Shown here piece by piece: positions 62,778 to 64,000 of a stretch of 64,000 nucleotides of DNA (its first letter is position 1; every line of letters begins with the position of its first letter). Position numbers and translations under genes: made by a program. The DNA lies in assembly GCA_964016885.1 (NCBI GenBank), contig OZ024740.1, forward strand, positions 298,530,001-298,594,000. Direction: 5' to 3'. The stretch comes from Eledone cirrhosa. Its lineage: Eukaryota. The notes under the pieces are model-generated. The model did no database searches, was not told the DNA's origin, and saw nothing but the letters and a program-made list of their open reading frames with translations.

Positions 62778-64000
62778 TAGAATTTGAACATAAAAAACAG
62801 AATGATGGAATAAAGTTTACTTCTGTTATTTTGATTTTTTTTTACATGTCAGTGCTGAAGTATGGTATCTTTTCTCAAACCACTGGTTGCATATGATTTA
62901 GAATGAATGAATTCAAGCATCAGTAGAATTCACCTCCTTCCCATAGGTCAGATTTAGTTTCACCATTTGCATAACAAGTCTATTGAATTTCTTAGGTCAG
63001 TTGTCCTGGAATCAGGTCAGTTGGTTAGGGTTGTTTTTAGCAACAAACAATAATAACTGTATATACTCTGAATATAAGGGTGATTTGTACTCTATGATCT
63101 CTGTAGTTGTATTAGTGGCAGTAGTGTTAATATACTACTACCACAACATACAACTTCCCTGATTGAAAGCAATTGTATTGGAGTTACTTGTGAAAATTTC
63201 ACATATTTAAAAAGATATGGGTTCATTTAGAAATGTGTATGCTTATCAATATTAAGAGTCATGATAATAAAGGTATTAAAATTATAATCCATATTGTAAA
63301 TATATAATACACACATGCACACACATATCTACATACACACATGCACACACATATTTACATACATATATACATATATAAACATATATATACACACACTTAT
63401 ATACAAACACACATATAGACAGATACATGTCCTTTAGAAAGGTGAAAGTAGAAATTACATGTATCTCCTATTTACTTATCAAAGTTTGTATTGACATTTA
63501 TGGACAAAAGGAATTAGGTTGGATATATATATATACAAATCTCAGAATTTGTCAACTCTTATTAATGGTCAGTCCACTTCTACGAACTTCTACGAAATGT
63601 AATGTAAAAATACCATTTTCTCCTTGCCTCCCCACCCTTTGGTTCATTCATCCATATATCTGTATAATCGCCCAGAATCCAAATCGTACTTCTTAATTGC
63701 TATTCTATAATTTTGTCTGGCTGTTCTAAATAATCTTCTCCACGCTAACTACCCCATACCCCTCCTGCCCGCCCCCACTCTCCACCTTTATTATTTGGAC
63801 CAATCACAAGTCAACGGCCTATGCACTTCTGGTTGCTTTTCGATATGATGGATGGACTAAGAAATTTCTGGAGAGCCTGAAGAATCTGGACACTCGAAGA
63901 CAATGCCAAAGATAACGACAAATTCACCTCATGCTGCCGGACGAAAGGGCAAGGCCCCCTCCTCTTTGTTGCGGCCGCGGATGGCCAACATAACCCCAAC

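Overview
AT-rich, microsatellite-dense animal genomic DNA. The repeat families (tRNA-headed SINEs, RTE LINEs with (GAT)n tails) suggest a cephalopod, probably Octopus; this is inference. The only host gene I can support is PNPT1 (mitochondrial polynucleotide phosphorylase), seen as three internal + strand exons (5343-5456, 12740-12926, 14095-14146). The first of these appears to use a non-canonical GC splice donor, and no further exon was recognised in the remaining ~50 kb. Everything else is repeat-derived: a Helitron helicase fragment, a Naiad-like Penelope element, a nested non-autonomous Helitron, several RTE LINE copies with a PHD finger inside the RT, a deleted Gypsy element nested in an RTE, two piggyBac fossils with derived TTAA MITEs, SINEs and minisatellites. 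The most notable unannotated signal is about ten minimal type-I hammerhead ribozyme motifs (about four with intact cores) in short Penelope/retrozyme-like units beside (TA)n tracts, several followed by AATAAA. Several lie in a dense cluster of fold-back hairpins at 1.7-4.7 kb. All calls were made by eye with no database searches, so repeat boundaries are approximate.
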